Positions 32,383-41,694 of a DNA stretch of 64,000 nt are shown here, in pieces. How positions within the stretch are numbered: position 1 is the stretch's first letter; each line of letters starts with the position of its first letter. The position numbers were made by a program, and so were the translations under genes. The notes below the pieces were generated by a model. That model searched no databases. It saw only the letters and a list, made by a program, of their open reading frames with translations, and was not told the DNA's origin. Location: NCBI GenBank assembly GCA_031259495.1, contig JAIRLJ010000033.1:572-64571 (forward strand). Reading direction: 5' to 3'. The DNA is from Oscillospiraceae bacterium. Lineage in GTDB: Bacteria; Bacillota; Clostridia; Oscillospirales; Acutalibacteraceae.

Positions 32383-32946
32383 ATGAGTGGAGTTGTAGTG
32401 ACGAAGTATGTTTGTTCTAGTTGCGGTTATGTTTATGAGGGCGATTGTCCACCAAAATTTTGTCCTGTTTGTAGGGCAAGTTCAGCACAGTTTTCTGAAG
32501 AGTGCGACAGCAAAGAAAAAGAAGGTGTGGACGAACATAAAGTTGGTGTCGCTTTAAGTGTTGATAAGGAAATTTTAAATGGTTTGAGAGATAATTTTAA
32601 CGGGGAATGTGTGGAGGTTGGCATGTATCTAGCTATGAGTCGTCAGGCGGATCGTGATGGGTTTCCTGAAATTGCCGAAGCTTACAAGCGAATAGCGTTT
32701 GAAGAGGCTGAGCATGCCGCAAGATTTGCGGAGCTTTTAGGAGAAGTTGTTTCTGATACGAAATCGAATCTCGTTGCTAGATTAAACGCAGAACATGGGG
32801 CCGCACAAGGCAAGCTGGTCATAGCTAAGCGCGCTAAAGACTTGGGCTTGGATTCTATACACGATACAGTCCACGAAATGTCGAAGGATGAAGTTAGACA
32901 CAAAAAAGTTTTCCAAGGACTTCTTAAACGTTACTTTGGCGATTAA
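32383..32946 (+). CDS. rbr: Rubrerythrin with N-terminal rubredoxin-like domain (reverse rubrerythrin architecture)
   Basis: N-terminal CSSCGY...CPVC Cys4 site followed by ferritin-like EEAEHA / EHGAAQ / E..H helices. A GGAGG SD precedes the ATG at 32383. Confidence 0.85.
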   Translation: MSGVVVTKYVCSSCGYVYEGDCPPKFCPVCRASSAQFSEECDSKEKEGVDEHKVGVALSVDKEILNGLRDNFNGECVEVGMYLAMSRQADRDGFPEIAEAYKRIAFEEAEHAARFAELLGEVVSDTKSNLVARLNAEHGAAQGKLVIAKRAKDLGLDSIHDTVHEMSKDEVRHKKVFQGLLKRYFGD

Positions 32947-33015
32947 TTTTTTAGTGATTTTAAGCTTAAAAGGATAGGGGTGGTTCTCTCTATTTTTTTT
33001 GTTTGAATTTAAATT

Positions 33016-33053
33016 AAAAAAACCAGTTCAGCTAGGTTTGAACTGGTTTTTTT
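33016..33053. terminator. Bidirectional intrinsic terminator between rubrerythrin (+) and tRNA-fMet (-)
   Basis: A7 run, stem CCAGTTCA/TGAACTGG (33023-33030 / 33039-33046) with an 8-nt loop, then a T7 run. Confidence 0.6.
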
Positions 33054-33076
33054 ACTCTATTAGATACTAACACTAG

Positions 33077-33150
<74 letters not shown>

Positions 33151-33167
33151 AAATCCCAAACAGAAAA

Positions 33168-33197
33168 ATTCTATCATTAAAACATTGAGTTAGTCAA
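33168..33197 (-). promoter_or_regulatory. Sigma-A-like promoter of tRNA-fMet (TTGACT-18 nt-TAGAAT with upstream TG)
   Basis: The minus strand reads TTGACTaactcaatgttttaaTGaTAGAAT, ~17 nt upstream of the tRNA 5' end. Confidence 0.45.
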
Positions 33198-33346
33198 ATG
33201 TTACAATTCTTTGCCCGCTGCAATTTGTAAATTTAGAATCATATTTTTTGATAATCTTTTTTTGATTTTTTTTACAACAAGGAGCGATGATCAAAGCAGG
33301 ATAAACTATTTTTATTGAAGTAAAGAAAAATAGTTTTTAATATAAG

Positions 33347-35423
33347 GTGTGTGGCAAGATTAATTGCATCGGTAATTTTAATTTCGGTTTTTTAGCTCAG
33401 AATTATTCATCAAGTGCGGATCCATCAGTAGGCGCAGAGTTGATTGTGAAACGTTTAGAGTTTAAGAAGCCAGGGGGGCTGAGATGCCCGATGAGAGAGG
33501 ATTTGCATCTTGTTTGGTCGTGAACAATCCGCTAAAAATTACTATTGCGCGCGTAATCTGGGTTTTTCAAAGCAGAAGATTTTTTGATTTATTTACAAAA
33601 CAATATTGGTAGTACAAGATCACTAGATAAAAATCCTCAAACACCGCTGTTTTCTTCTATTTTGAGCTGGGGGCGCAAGAATCGAGACTTTCCCGGTCTA
33701 CTATCTCCTCTTCTAAATCTTTCAGAACTTAGAGAAATGATAAGATTAGAAAATCAACTAAGAGAAAATTATGAATATCGTGAAAATACAAAATACTATT
33801 GTCATCTCGCAGCTTTCATACTAGAAATTGGAAAAATCAACAGCGAACATCTTGAATTGTTACATTTGGTAGACGCTGATTTTTTGTCTTTTGATCTCTT
33901 AAACGAAGTATTAAGTAGTCGCCCTGCAAAAACACCGCTTTCGTTGGAAAAAAAGATTAGTCGTGGTAGGTCGCGCTATTTTGAAAAGATGCTAGTCAAA
34001 GGCAATTTCCGAGTCAGCTTGAAAGTTTTCGTAAGAAATTCGAAAACAATACGCTAAGAGTCACAAGTGAAAGAGAAGTAGAACTGAAAGAACTAGAAGA
34101 AAAAATATGCTTAGCCAAAATATTGGCGTTATTAGAGCCGTATGCACAATGTATACAAGGAGACAGACGAGAAATGAGCACTGGTGTTTTAAGTGTTCGT
34201 AAATATTCTGAGTAGTTATCCTGGGTAATTGGACTGCAACATCATTTCCTGGTAGTGATAACCCTCCGGGCTTGTAAATCTTTTAATGCCGAAAGACAGG
34301 TCGAAACACTGGAGCGGTGATCCTAAATATCTAGGTTCTAATTTTATAGTTATAGATTTTATAGGAATTCGTATTATTCCCAAAACCCCTTAACAACGAG
34401 CTCGTCTGCATGCGACGTTGGAAATCGGGAGTTGTATGGTAAAGAGTGTGAGAACAAAAGAATAGAAGCCGTTGGATGGTTGGAAGGGCGGAATAGAAAA
34501 GTTTGGAATTTTTCAAGAGATAGCATTAGAAGCAATCAAATTTGTACAAACAAGGAAAGACAAATTAGGAAGATGGACAAATGAGTATTTCTTGCTTTCG
34601 TTTGTTCGAGGAAGTTCTTAAATTCTTATAAATAGATCTATGCGGGATTCTTGTTTGAGAACACTCTCACAAAAACTTAATATAAACTATAAGCTTTGTT
34701 GATATCCGACCATCTTTACAAAGGTTTTGCTTTATTTGTGATATTTATCAAGTTTTTAAAAATTTTAAAGGGTTTTGGAATTAAAGATTATCTCGAAGCG
34801 ACAGGAGCTGGATTTAATACTTCGGAAAAATGACTTGATTTCAAATTTGGACTAGGCTTACATAGCCCAAATTTTCTTTTAGAACTAAAGTGCTATGGTT
34901 CAAGCACTCATGGCGATGTGGGTAAATTATCTGAGCTTGTAAAATGGAACTTGAGTAAAAAGGGGCTCGGTCTGGCACTTTTTCTGTATATACACAAGAT
35001 CCCCCTCTCGGGCAAAGGATTTAGAAGAAGAGAGACTATTTTTGCCTTTATTTAGAAGTGAAGCGCCAGAGTTGCCGTTGTGCATGCAATCTGAAAGATT
35101 ATTATTTTTTAGAGTCGTCGCCGACACTAGTACAACAACTCGAGGGAATGCTCATAAGATCAAAAAAATATGAACATATTTATCAGAATGGTGAAGTTCG
35201 GTCTAAAATTGCTGATTTTTTAATAAAAAATAGTAAAAATTCTCAAGAATATTTTCATTTTATGAAATATATTAATTTTAGTTGTCTTAAAATCGACGAT
35301 TTGAAAAGAATAGCTGTATCGCTTTCCGATTATCAATTGGTAAGGGTATTACTTGACTTACCGACTATCGGTTTGGAGTTATTACGAAGTTTTTTTAATG
35401 AAGCTAACAAGTTAGAATTTTAA
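33347..35423 (+). pseudogene. Chain of plus-strand ORF fragments separated by frameshifts and in-frame stops; decayed gene(s) of unknown family, or a non-coding region
   Basis: Fragments: 33347-33523; 33584-34057; 33985-34215 then in-frame TAG then open to 34320; 34436-34465 then TAG then 34466-34621; 34693-34830 then TGA then 34834-35055; 35058-35423. None has an SD and no family motif was recognised. Confidence 0.3.
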
Positions 35424-35443
35424 AATAAAGTTTATTTCTACTA

Positions 35444-36823
35444 TTAAGATAGTATTTTATAAAGCTCTTTTATTATCTCATCGATTTTTGTTCCTCTTGA
35501 CCCTTTTACGAGAATTGTGTCGTTTTGTTTTAAAATGTTTTTCAAAATTTTAAACGCATCCTCGTTTTTATTGCATTTAAAAACTTCAAACTTATTTTTT
35601 TTAGCTTTAGCTGCTAAAGCTATTTCTTTTGCTTTGTTACCGATAGTTATCAATATGTCAATACTTTTATCTTTAAAGTTTTCTCCAACACTATAGTGAA
35701 TTTTGTTAGAATTTTTTCCAAGCTCTAGAATATCAGCTAATACGGCAATTTTTCTTTGTGATGCAATTTGATTAAGTAAGTCTATGGCGCTCTCTATAGA
35801 ATCCGGGCTGGAATTATAGCTGTCATTTATTATTGTAATAGATTTTTTTTTAACAATTTCCTGGCGCATTTTAGTACCTTTATAGCTAGCTAAGCCAATT
35901 TTTATATCATCTGCGTTAATACCTAAATAGAAAGCAACAGCAACGCAAGCTAAAGCAGAGTAAACGTTATTTTTCCCTGGAATTCTTATTAAAAACTCTT
36001 CGTTGTCGAAAACAAACTTAGTATTTTTTTTGGTCAGTGTAATATTTTGTGCCCTTATATCGTTGCGATCCTTAAAACCAAAAAAAATAACTTTTTCGTG
36101 TGCTTTTTTTCCAAATTTAAATAAAAAATCGTCATCACCGTTCAAAAATAGTGGTTCATTTTTTTTTAGATATTTTGTTATTTTGAACTTTTCTAGGCAG
36201 ATATTTTCTTTACTTTTTAAATTTTCTATATGAGATACACCTATGTTAGTTATAACAGCTATATTTGGCTTTGCTACATCTACAATTTCATCCATCTCAT
36301 TCGGATTGCTTATACCGAGCTCGATTACAGCGGCTTGGTGAAAACTTTCAAGTTCAAACATAGTTAATGGCAATCCAATATTACTGTTAAGATTTCCTTG
36401 AGTTTTCATAGTAATAAGTTTTTGTTTTAATACACAAGCCATAATATCTTTTGTCATCGTTTTTCCTACACTGCCAGTTATGCCAATTAAATAAATAGGA
36501 AATTTTTTTCTATAATACATTGCTAAATTTGTTAACGCTCTGCATGTATTATTTACTTTAATCAAAGCTTTGGATTTAAAATTTTCTTTTGAGTTTAATG
36601 TGCAATTTTCTTTTTGAGTAAAACAAACTGTGGCTCCATTTTCAAAAACTAATTTTAAAAACTTATGTGCGTCCACTTTTAATCCTACAATCGGAACAAA
36701 TAAAGAATTTTTTTTTATTTTTCGACTGTTTATTTGCACGTTATTTACATAAAGTTTACTGTTTCCAAACAAAAGTTTCCCTTTGGTTGCTTTTAAAATT
36801 TCAGTTACAGTAATAGGTATCAT
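35444..36823 (-). CDS. murF: UDP-N-acetylmuramoyl-tripeptide--D-alanyl-D-alanine ligase
   Basis: IGITGSVGKTMTKD P-loop, ELGISNPNEMD, NIGVSHIE and DSYNSSPDS motifs. Confidence 0.9.
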   Translation of the reverse strand: MIPITVTEILKATKGKLLFGNSKLYVNNVQINSRKIKKNSLFVPIVGLKVDAHKFLKLVFENGATVCFTQKENCTLNSKENFKSKALIKVNNTCRALTNLAMYYRKKFPIYLIGITGSVGKTMTKDIMACVLKQKLITMKTQGNLNSNIGLPLTMFELESFHQAAVIELGISNPNEMDEIVDVAKPNIAVITNIGVSHIENLKSKENICLEKFKITKYLKKNEPLFLNGDDDFLFKFGKKAHEKVIFFGFKDRNDIRAQNITLTKKNTKFVFDNEEFLIRIPGKNNVYSALACVAVAFYLGINADDIKIGLASYKGTKMRQEIVKKKSITIINDSYNSSPDSIESAIDLLNQIASQRKIAVLADILELGKNSNKIHYSVGENFKDKSIDILITIGNKAKEIALAAKAKKNKFEVFKCNKNEDAFKILKNILKQNDTILVKGSRGTKIDEIIKELYKILS

Positions 36824-36831
36824 GTTTTATT

Positions 36832-37719
36832 CTACGAAACCTTTTTCTTTTTGAGAATATTGCGTCTGTTATACTCAACCCTCAAGATTTTTTCTTGAAC
36901 ACTTTTAATACCAATTTTAAAGATATTGTCAAGCAAAAATCTTAAACTTTTAGTTTCTAGTAAATTATAAGATATCAAAATTTGATAGGTAATTTGATTT
37001 AAAATCTCGTGCGCTTTTTTTTTCATAAAATTTTTGTTTGAACCAAATTTATTTAAAAAAATATTAAATTCTCCCGATTTCAAATCTTTTTCATAATCTT
37101 CAACGGCATCGAGTATATATATCAATTTACCCAAATAAAAACCAAGATTTTTTAAAATACGCTTTGAAAATTGGCCTTCGCAAAAATTTTCAAGAAAAGC
37201 TCCTAACATTTTTCCTGTGGGTTCAGAAACAGAATCAAAACTAGTATTTTTAGAATTTTCTACTTTTTTTTGTTCAGAACTGCAGATTTTTATTAAATTT
37301 TGTAATTTTGGATAAATTCTTACGGCTTTTTTATATATGTGCATCAAAGACAGCAAGATAAAAAAGCTTTTTATTTTTTTTATGACTGTTTTTGAGTCTC
37401 TTACATCGTCTAAAATTTTAGCATAAGTAAAAGCAATATTTGCAGCAGCTATAAATTCAAGCTCTTTGACACCCTCTAAACAAAAATTGCATTTTTTAAA
37501 CTTGTTTAGTACACATTTTTTTGTTTTTAAGTTAAGTTTCTCATAGTTTACACTTAGAGCTATAACAGATAAAAAAACAGCATCATAACCCAAAAAAACT
37601 CTAGAAAAAATACCGAACTTTTTTCCAGTAACTTTGCAAAGAGAACAGTATATACTTTTATAAACAGCGAGTTCTTTTACGAGCATTTCGCTCTCCGAAC
37701 ATTTTAAATATCCAAACAA
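36832..37719 (-). CDS. Conserved hypothetical protein, DUF5685-like (Cys-rich N-terminus)
   Basis: MFGYLKCSESEMLVKELAVYKSIYCSLCK resembles the N-terminus I recall for clostridial DUF5685 proteins. TTG start. Family assignment is from memory only. Confidence 0.5.
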   Translation of the reverse strand: MFGYLKCSESEMLVKELAVYKSIYCSLCKVTGKKFGIFSRVFLGYDAVFLSVIALSVNYEKLNLKTKKCVLNKFKKCNFCLEGVKELEFIAAANIAFTYAKILDDVRDSKTVIKKIKSFFILLSLMHIYKKAVRIYPKLQNLIKICSSEQKKVENSKNTSFDSVSEPTGKMLGAFLENFCEGQFSKRILKNLGFYLGKLIYILDAVEDYEKDLKSGEFNIFLNKFGSNKNFMKKKAHEILNQITYQILISYNLLETKSLRFLLDNIFKIGIKSVQEKILRVEYNRRNILKKKKVS

Positions 37720-37742
37720 ACTTTAGTTTTACCCTTCCAAAA

Positions 37743-38597
37743 TTAAGAATAAAATTTAGATTTAAAATTCTGATAAAAATTTTTATTTCCAAAAGAAACA
37801 AATTTTATTTTTTTTCTTATAAGTTTTATCAAAACTTTTTCTTTGCGAGAAATGTTATAAACCATTCTTCCGTCAGCCAGTAGGAACATTTTGCCTTTTT
37901 TTTTAGGATCAAAAGCTTTAACAAGAATTTCTGTGTTCTCAGAAAACACAACAGCTCTATGAGGTTTAGAATACGGACAAATAACATTAAAAATTATGGA
38001 ATGGATTTCTGGATCAACAAGCGGTCCACCAGCAGAAAACGAATATGCGCTTGAACCTGTAGAACTTGAAAATATTAGTGAATCTCCCCTAAAATTAAAG
38101 CTTTTATTATTTATAAAAATTATAAAATCACTTATTTTTATACTTTTTTCTTGAGAAAAAACTATTTCGTTTATGGCAAAAAACTTTTTCTTGATTCTAT
38201 CATCACCATTTAGAATTGAAGCCATTACAACAGAACGATTGCTAATTTTAAATTTTCCAATTTTTAAAAGACTTAGTTTGCTAATTTTTGCCATATTTAA
38301 TTCTGTAATAAAACCAACTCTACCAGCATTTATACCTAAAATTGGTTTGTTATAACGCAGAGAATACAATGCATTATGAATAAAAGTTCCATCTCCACCA
38401 ACGCACACGATAATATCACATATTTTTAAAATTTTTTCTAAATTTTCATAAACCTTAACCCTTGTTTTATAAAAATAATTTTGATACCCCTCTGGCAAAA
38501 AAATTTCACAGTCGTTTTTATCTAGTTCATCTATAATTTGAAAAGTACAATCTAAACTTTCTTTTTTTGTCAAATTTGGTAAAAGAGCAATTTTCAT
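37743..38597 (-). CDS. nadK: NAD kinase
   Basis: VCVGGDGTF (GGDGT), GINAGRVGF and SSTGSSAYSFSAGGP motifs. The start overlaps the dxs stop (ATGA). Confidence 0.85.
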   Translation of the reverse strand: MKIALLPNLTKKESLDCTFQIIDELDKNDCEIFLPEGYQNYFYKTRVKVYENLEKILKICDIIVCVGGDGTFIHNALYSLRYNKPILGINAGRVGFITELNMAKISKLSLLKIGKFKISNRSVVMASILNGDDRIKKKFFAINEIVFSQEKSIKISDFIIFINNKSFNFRGDSLIFSSSTGSSAYSFSAGGPLVDPEIHSIIFNVICPYSKPHRAVVFSENTEILVKAFDPKKKGKMFLLADGRMVYNISRKEKVLIKLIRKKIKFVSFGNKNFYQNFKSKFYS

Positions 38598-40459
38598 AGA
38601 ATTCGTTCCTTAATAAATTTAGAAATAGAATCTGCATTAAACCCTAGAAGCTTGAGGTTTTCGTTAACGCTTCCTTGTTCTACAAATTTTTCATTAACTG
38701 CTTTTATTAGAATTTTTGCCCTGCAATTTTTTAATGTTAACAAATAGTTCAAATGTTCGGCAACGGAGCCTCTTAACATGCCTTCCTCTATAAAAAATAT
38801 ATTATCAAAACCTTTTAAAAGTTCTACTAGTTTTTTATCTATAGGTTTTATTTGATTAATTTTTATACAAAAAATATTAATGGCACTCTTTTTTAGCTTT
38901 TTGTGAGCGAGGCAAACTTCTGAGAATATTCTACCGTATGTTACTACAGCTATTTTTGAACTTTTATCTCCAAAACAACAAAATGTAGTTTCGCCCTTGT
39001 TTGAAATAAAGTCTTTTGGTTTAAAACCTTCTTGTCCTCTAGGGTATCTTATGACTGCTACGCCACTGGTCTTATATAAGCATTTTTCCATCATGTTTTC
39101 TATTTCATCAAAAAAACCTGGTGTAAAAATAGTTACATTTGGTATAGCATTTAGAAAGCTTACATCAAACAATCCTTGATGTGTTTTACCATCTTCACCA
39201 ATAACTCCTGCTCTATCAACCGCTAAAACTATTTTGTAATTGCCAATAGCTGCATCATGAATTATTTGATCGTAACTTCTTTGAAGAAAACTAGAATACA
39301 CCGCAAAAACCGGCAACGCTCCACACGAAGCAAGTCCGGCAGCAAATGTAACAGCATGTGATTCTGCAATGCCAACATCAAAAAATCTTTCGGGAAACTT
39401 TTTTTCAAAGTTTAAAAGGCCAGTTCCTGTCTTCATTGAAGCTGTTATTGCACAGATTCTTTTATCCTTATTAGCAAAATTGCACAAACACCTTCCAAAC
39501 AGGTTAGAAAAATTAGTGTTTTCTGATTTGATTTCACATCCTGTTTTTATATCAAATTTTGGAGCACCATGAAATATTTCTGGATTCTTTTCGGCAAAAC
39601 AATAGCCCTTGCCTTTTTTAGTATCTACGTGCACCAAAACCGGTCTATTTACACTTTTTACTGCATTAAAAACATCTATCAAGTTATTTATATTATGACC
39701 ATCAATAGGGCCGTAATAGCTAAAACCCATATCTTCAAAGAAATTGCTTTTATTTATAAATTTTCGCAATATGGTTTTTGTCTTATAAGTTAAATTTTTA
39801 ATCTTGCCGCCAGCTACTGGTATATGATCAAATGCTTGTTTAATTGTACTTTTTGCTTTCACGTAAACTGGATTTGCTCGAAGTTTAGAAAGGTATTTTG
39901 CCATAGATCCGACATTTTTACATATTGACATTTTGTTATCGTTTAATATCACTATAAAATTCTTTGGTATTAATCCAGCATTATTAAGCGCTTCATACGC
40001 AAGGCCCCCCGAAAGCGAACCATCACCTATTAGAGCTATTACATATCCGTGTTTTTGTAAAATATCATTAGCTCTTGATATTCCAACTGCAATAGAAATG
40101 GACGTGCTACTATGCCCAGTAATAAAAGCATCATGCTTACTTTCATCAGGGTTAGGGAATCCAGAAATACCTCCACTTTTTCGTATACTAACCATCTTTT
40201 TGAATCTTCCGGTCAACATTTTATGAGCATACGATTGATGACCAACATCGAAGATTATTTTATCAATAGGAGAATTAAAAACATAATGCAACGCAACAGT
40301 CAACTCAACGACACCTAAATTAGAAGAAAGATGTCCACCGTTTTTTGCAACAAGATTAATTATTTCATATCTTAGTTCTGTACAAAGAGTCTTTAATTTT
40401 TTAAAACCTAGTTTTTTTACATCTTTTGGTGAATTTATATTTTTTAAAAGTTTTCCCAC
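38594..40459 (-). CDS. dxs: 1-deoxy-D-xylulose-5-phosphate synthase
   Basis: GGHLSSNLGVVELT, DVGHQSY.HK, GDGSLSGG and DRAG.VGEDG.TH motifs. GTG start. Confidence 0.9.
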   Translation of the reverse strand: MGKLLKNINSPKDVKKLGFKKLKTLCTELRYEIINLVAKNGGHLSSNLGVVELTVALHYVFNSPIDKIIFDVGHQSYAHKMLTGRFKKMVSIRKSGGISGFPNPDESKHDAFITGHSSTSISIAVGISRANDILQKHGYVIALIGDGSLSGGLAYEALNNAGLIPKNFIVILNDNKMSICKNVGSMAKYLSKLRANPVYVKAKSTIKQAFDHIPVAGGKIKNLTYKTKTILRKFINKSNFFEDMGFSYYGPIDGHNINNLIDVFNAVKSVNRPVLVHVDTKKGKGYCFAEKNPEIFHGAPKFDIKTGCEIKSENTNFSNLFGRCLCNFANKDKRICAITASMKTGTGLLNFEKKFPERFFDVGIAESHAVTFAAGLASCGALPVFAVYSSFLQRSYDQIIHDAAIGNYKIVLAVDRAGVIGEDGKTHQGLFDVSFLNAIPNVTIFTPGFFDEIENMMEKCLYKTSGVAVIRYPRGQEGFKPKDFISNKGETTFCCFGDKSSKIAVVTYGRIFSEVCLAHKKLKKSAINIFCIKINQIKPIDKKLVELLKGFDNIFFIEEGMLRGSVAEHLNYLLTLKNCRAKILIKAVNEKFVEQGSVNENLKLLGFNADSISKFIKERIL

Positions 40460-40478
40460 AGATCAATTATGCCATTTT

Positions 40479-40958
40479 TCAGGGTTTTAAAAAACCGTGC
40501 ATCAATCCCTTGTATTTACTGCTTGATATATCTCCGCCTATAACTTTGTTACTTCTTATGAGCAACGTTGCTTTGATTTCTTCTGCTTTTTCAGGATAGT
40601 TTGTAATAAAGTAAACTATTTTTTTGCAAGTTTTTCCTTCGAATTTTTTAAGGTCAAGTCCTTGTTTTTTTTGTATTTTATTATAGTCTTCATATTCTTT
40701 TTCGAATTTTTTTGGTACAACAATATCTTGTTGAGATATGGGTTTATTATTTACTTGCCAACCAAATTGAGATAAAAAATTGATTCTTTCCTGATTTGTT
40801 CCAGCGGTAAGTTTGTATTTACCTTTTTCGCATATAGCTTTTGTTTGTTGATTTGGTATAAAAAAAATAAAAGTAAAAACTATAAAAAGCAAAATTAATC
40901 CCATTAGCAGAAATAGTTTGATCCTTTTTTTACTTGATTTCAACGAAACAACAAGCAT
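40479..40958 (-). CDS. DUF4830-like membrane-anchored protein
   Basis: N-terminal TM helix, then the FLSQFGWQV...IVVPKKFEKEYEDYNKIQKKQGLDLKKFEGK pattern that I associate with DUF4830. Confidence 0.5.
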   Translation of the reverse strand: MLVVSLKSSKKRIKLFLLMGLILLFIVFTFIFFIPNQQTKAICEKGKYKLTAGTNQERINFLSQFGWQVNNKPISQQDIVVPKKFEKEYEDYNKIQKKQGLDLKKFEGKTCKKIVYFITNYPEKAEEIKATLLIRSNKVIGGDISSSKYKGLMHGFLKP

Positions 40959-41193
40959 TTAATCTCCTTTAATTTCAAACTGCTCGGTTTTATAATGCAA
41001 GGTCGATTCAAATATTTTTAAAGTATGATTAATTAAGATATCTGAAATTAAATTTGTTTACCAATAATGTCAACTATCTAGTCAAAATATACGTTTTTAG
41101 AATTCAAAATAGACCTTCTGTTAAACTAAAAACATAAACTTTTTTGAAAATCATAAAAATTAAAAAGATCATAATTTAAAGAAGGCAAAATAT

Positions 41194-41694
41194 TTGAAAA
41201 CAACAAAAAATTTAAATATGATTTTGCTTATTTTCTTCTTTGCAATTTGTTTTTCTCTGTGTTCTTGTACAAGTAAAAATATAATATTTTCAAAGAAAAA
41301 TATCATATTTGACTTTGAAAAAACAGCAATTATAAAAAGCAAAAATTTTGAGACCAAATGCCTAATATCTCGCACTCAACAGGGCGTAACAAATATAACT
41401 GTAACATCTCCAGAAACTATAAAAGACCTCGAGTTTAATTGGCTTGGCAACTCTACAGAAATGAGCCTTTTAGACATAACAAGCAAAACAGAAAAAAATA
41501 TGCTACCAAACACAAGTACGTTTCAGGCTATAGTCAAAATTTTGAATCATGCAAGTCATTTGGAAGCTGAACATCAACAAATAAAGTCCACTGTGGACGG
41601 AATCTATTATTGTATAAAATCCAATAAAGAAAACAATCAAATTTCCTATATAAACGTACCGACATTAGAATTTAAAATCATCTTCTCTTCTTAG
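41194..41694 (+). CDS. Putative lipoprotein, unknown function
   Basis: Signal peptide with lipobox-like FSLCSC. TTG start. The 3' end overlaps the convergent SBP gene by 17 nt. Confidence 0.45.
   Translation: MKTTKNLNMILLIFFFAICFSLCSCTSKNIIFSKKNIIFDFEKTAIIKSKNFETKCLISRTQQGVTNITVTSPETIKDLEFNWLGNSTEMSLLDITSKTEKNMLPNTSTFQAIVKILNHASHLEAEHQQIKSTVDGIYYCIKSNKENNQISYINVPTLEFKIIFSS

Noticed and set aside
33276-33338. AAGGAG followed by a mini-ORF ATG ATC AAA GCA GGA TAA (33287-33304) and an 11-bp perfect AT-rich hairpin (33303-33336), which looks like a leader peptide plus attenuator.
   Set aside because: The SD-to-ATG spacing is only 2 nt, the hairpin is almost pure A:T with only 2 trailing T, and there is no intact downstream gene to regulate.
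33473-33490. GGGGGGCTGAGATGCCCG recalls the CTGAGA core of TPP riboswitches.
   Set aside because: The second conserved half (ACCTGATCTGGATAATGCCAGCG-like) is absent, and there is no downstream thiamine-related gene.
34134-34162. AGAGCCGTATGCACAATGTATACAAGGAG resembles group II intron domain V (AGC triad, bulged AA).
   Set aside because: The bulge is in the wrong position relative to the helix base and the loop is too small. There is no GUGYG 5' end and no RT/maturase ORF nearby.
33347-35423. Considered whether the broken ORF chain would be intact under a TGA-sense genetic code (codes 4/25), since several fragment ends are TGA.
   Set aside because: rpmB, the TPM gene and others use TGA as a bona fide stop at conserved C-termini. 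TAA or TAG follow within a few codons after most TGAs, and several breaks are TAG or frameshifts.
40459-41193. Looked for an OLE-type large ncRNA upstream of dxs, because OLE sits in an ispA-OLE-oapA-dxs-...-nadK context in other anaerobic Firmicutes.
   Set aside because: Only 19 bp separate dxs from the DUF4830-like gene, and the next gap is ~235 bp of AT-rich promoter-like DNA. That is too short for a ~600-nt RNA.
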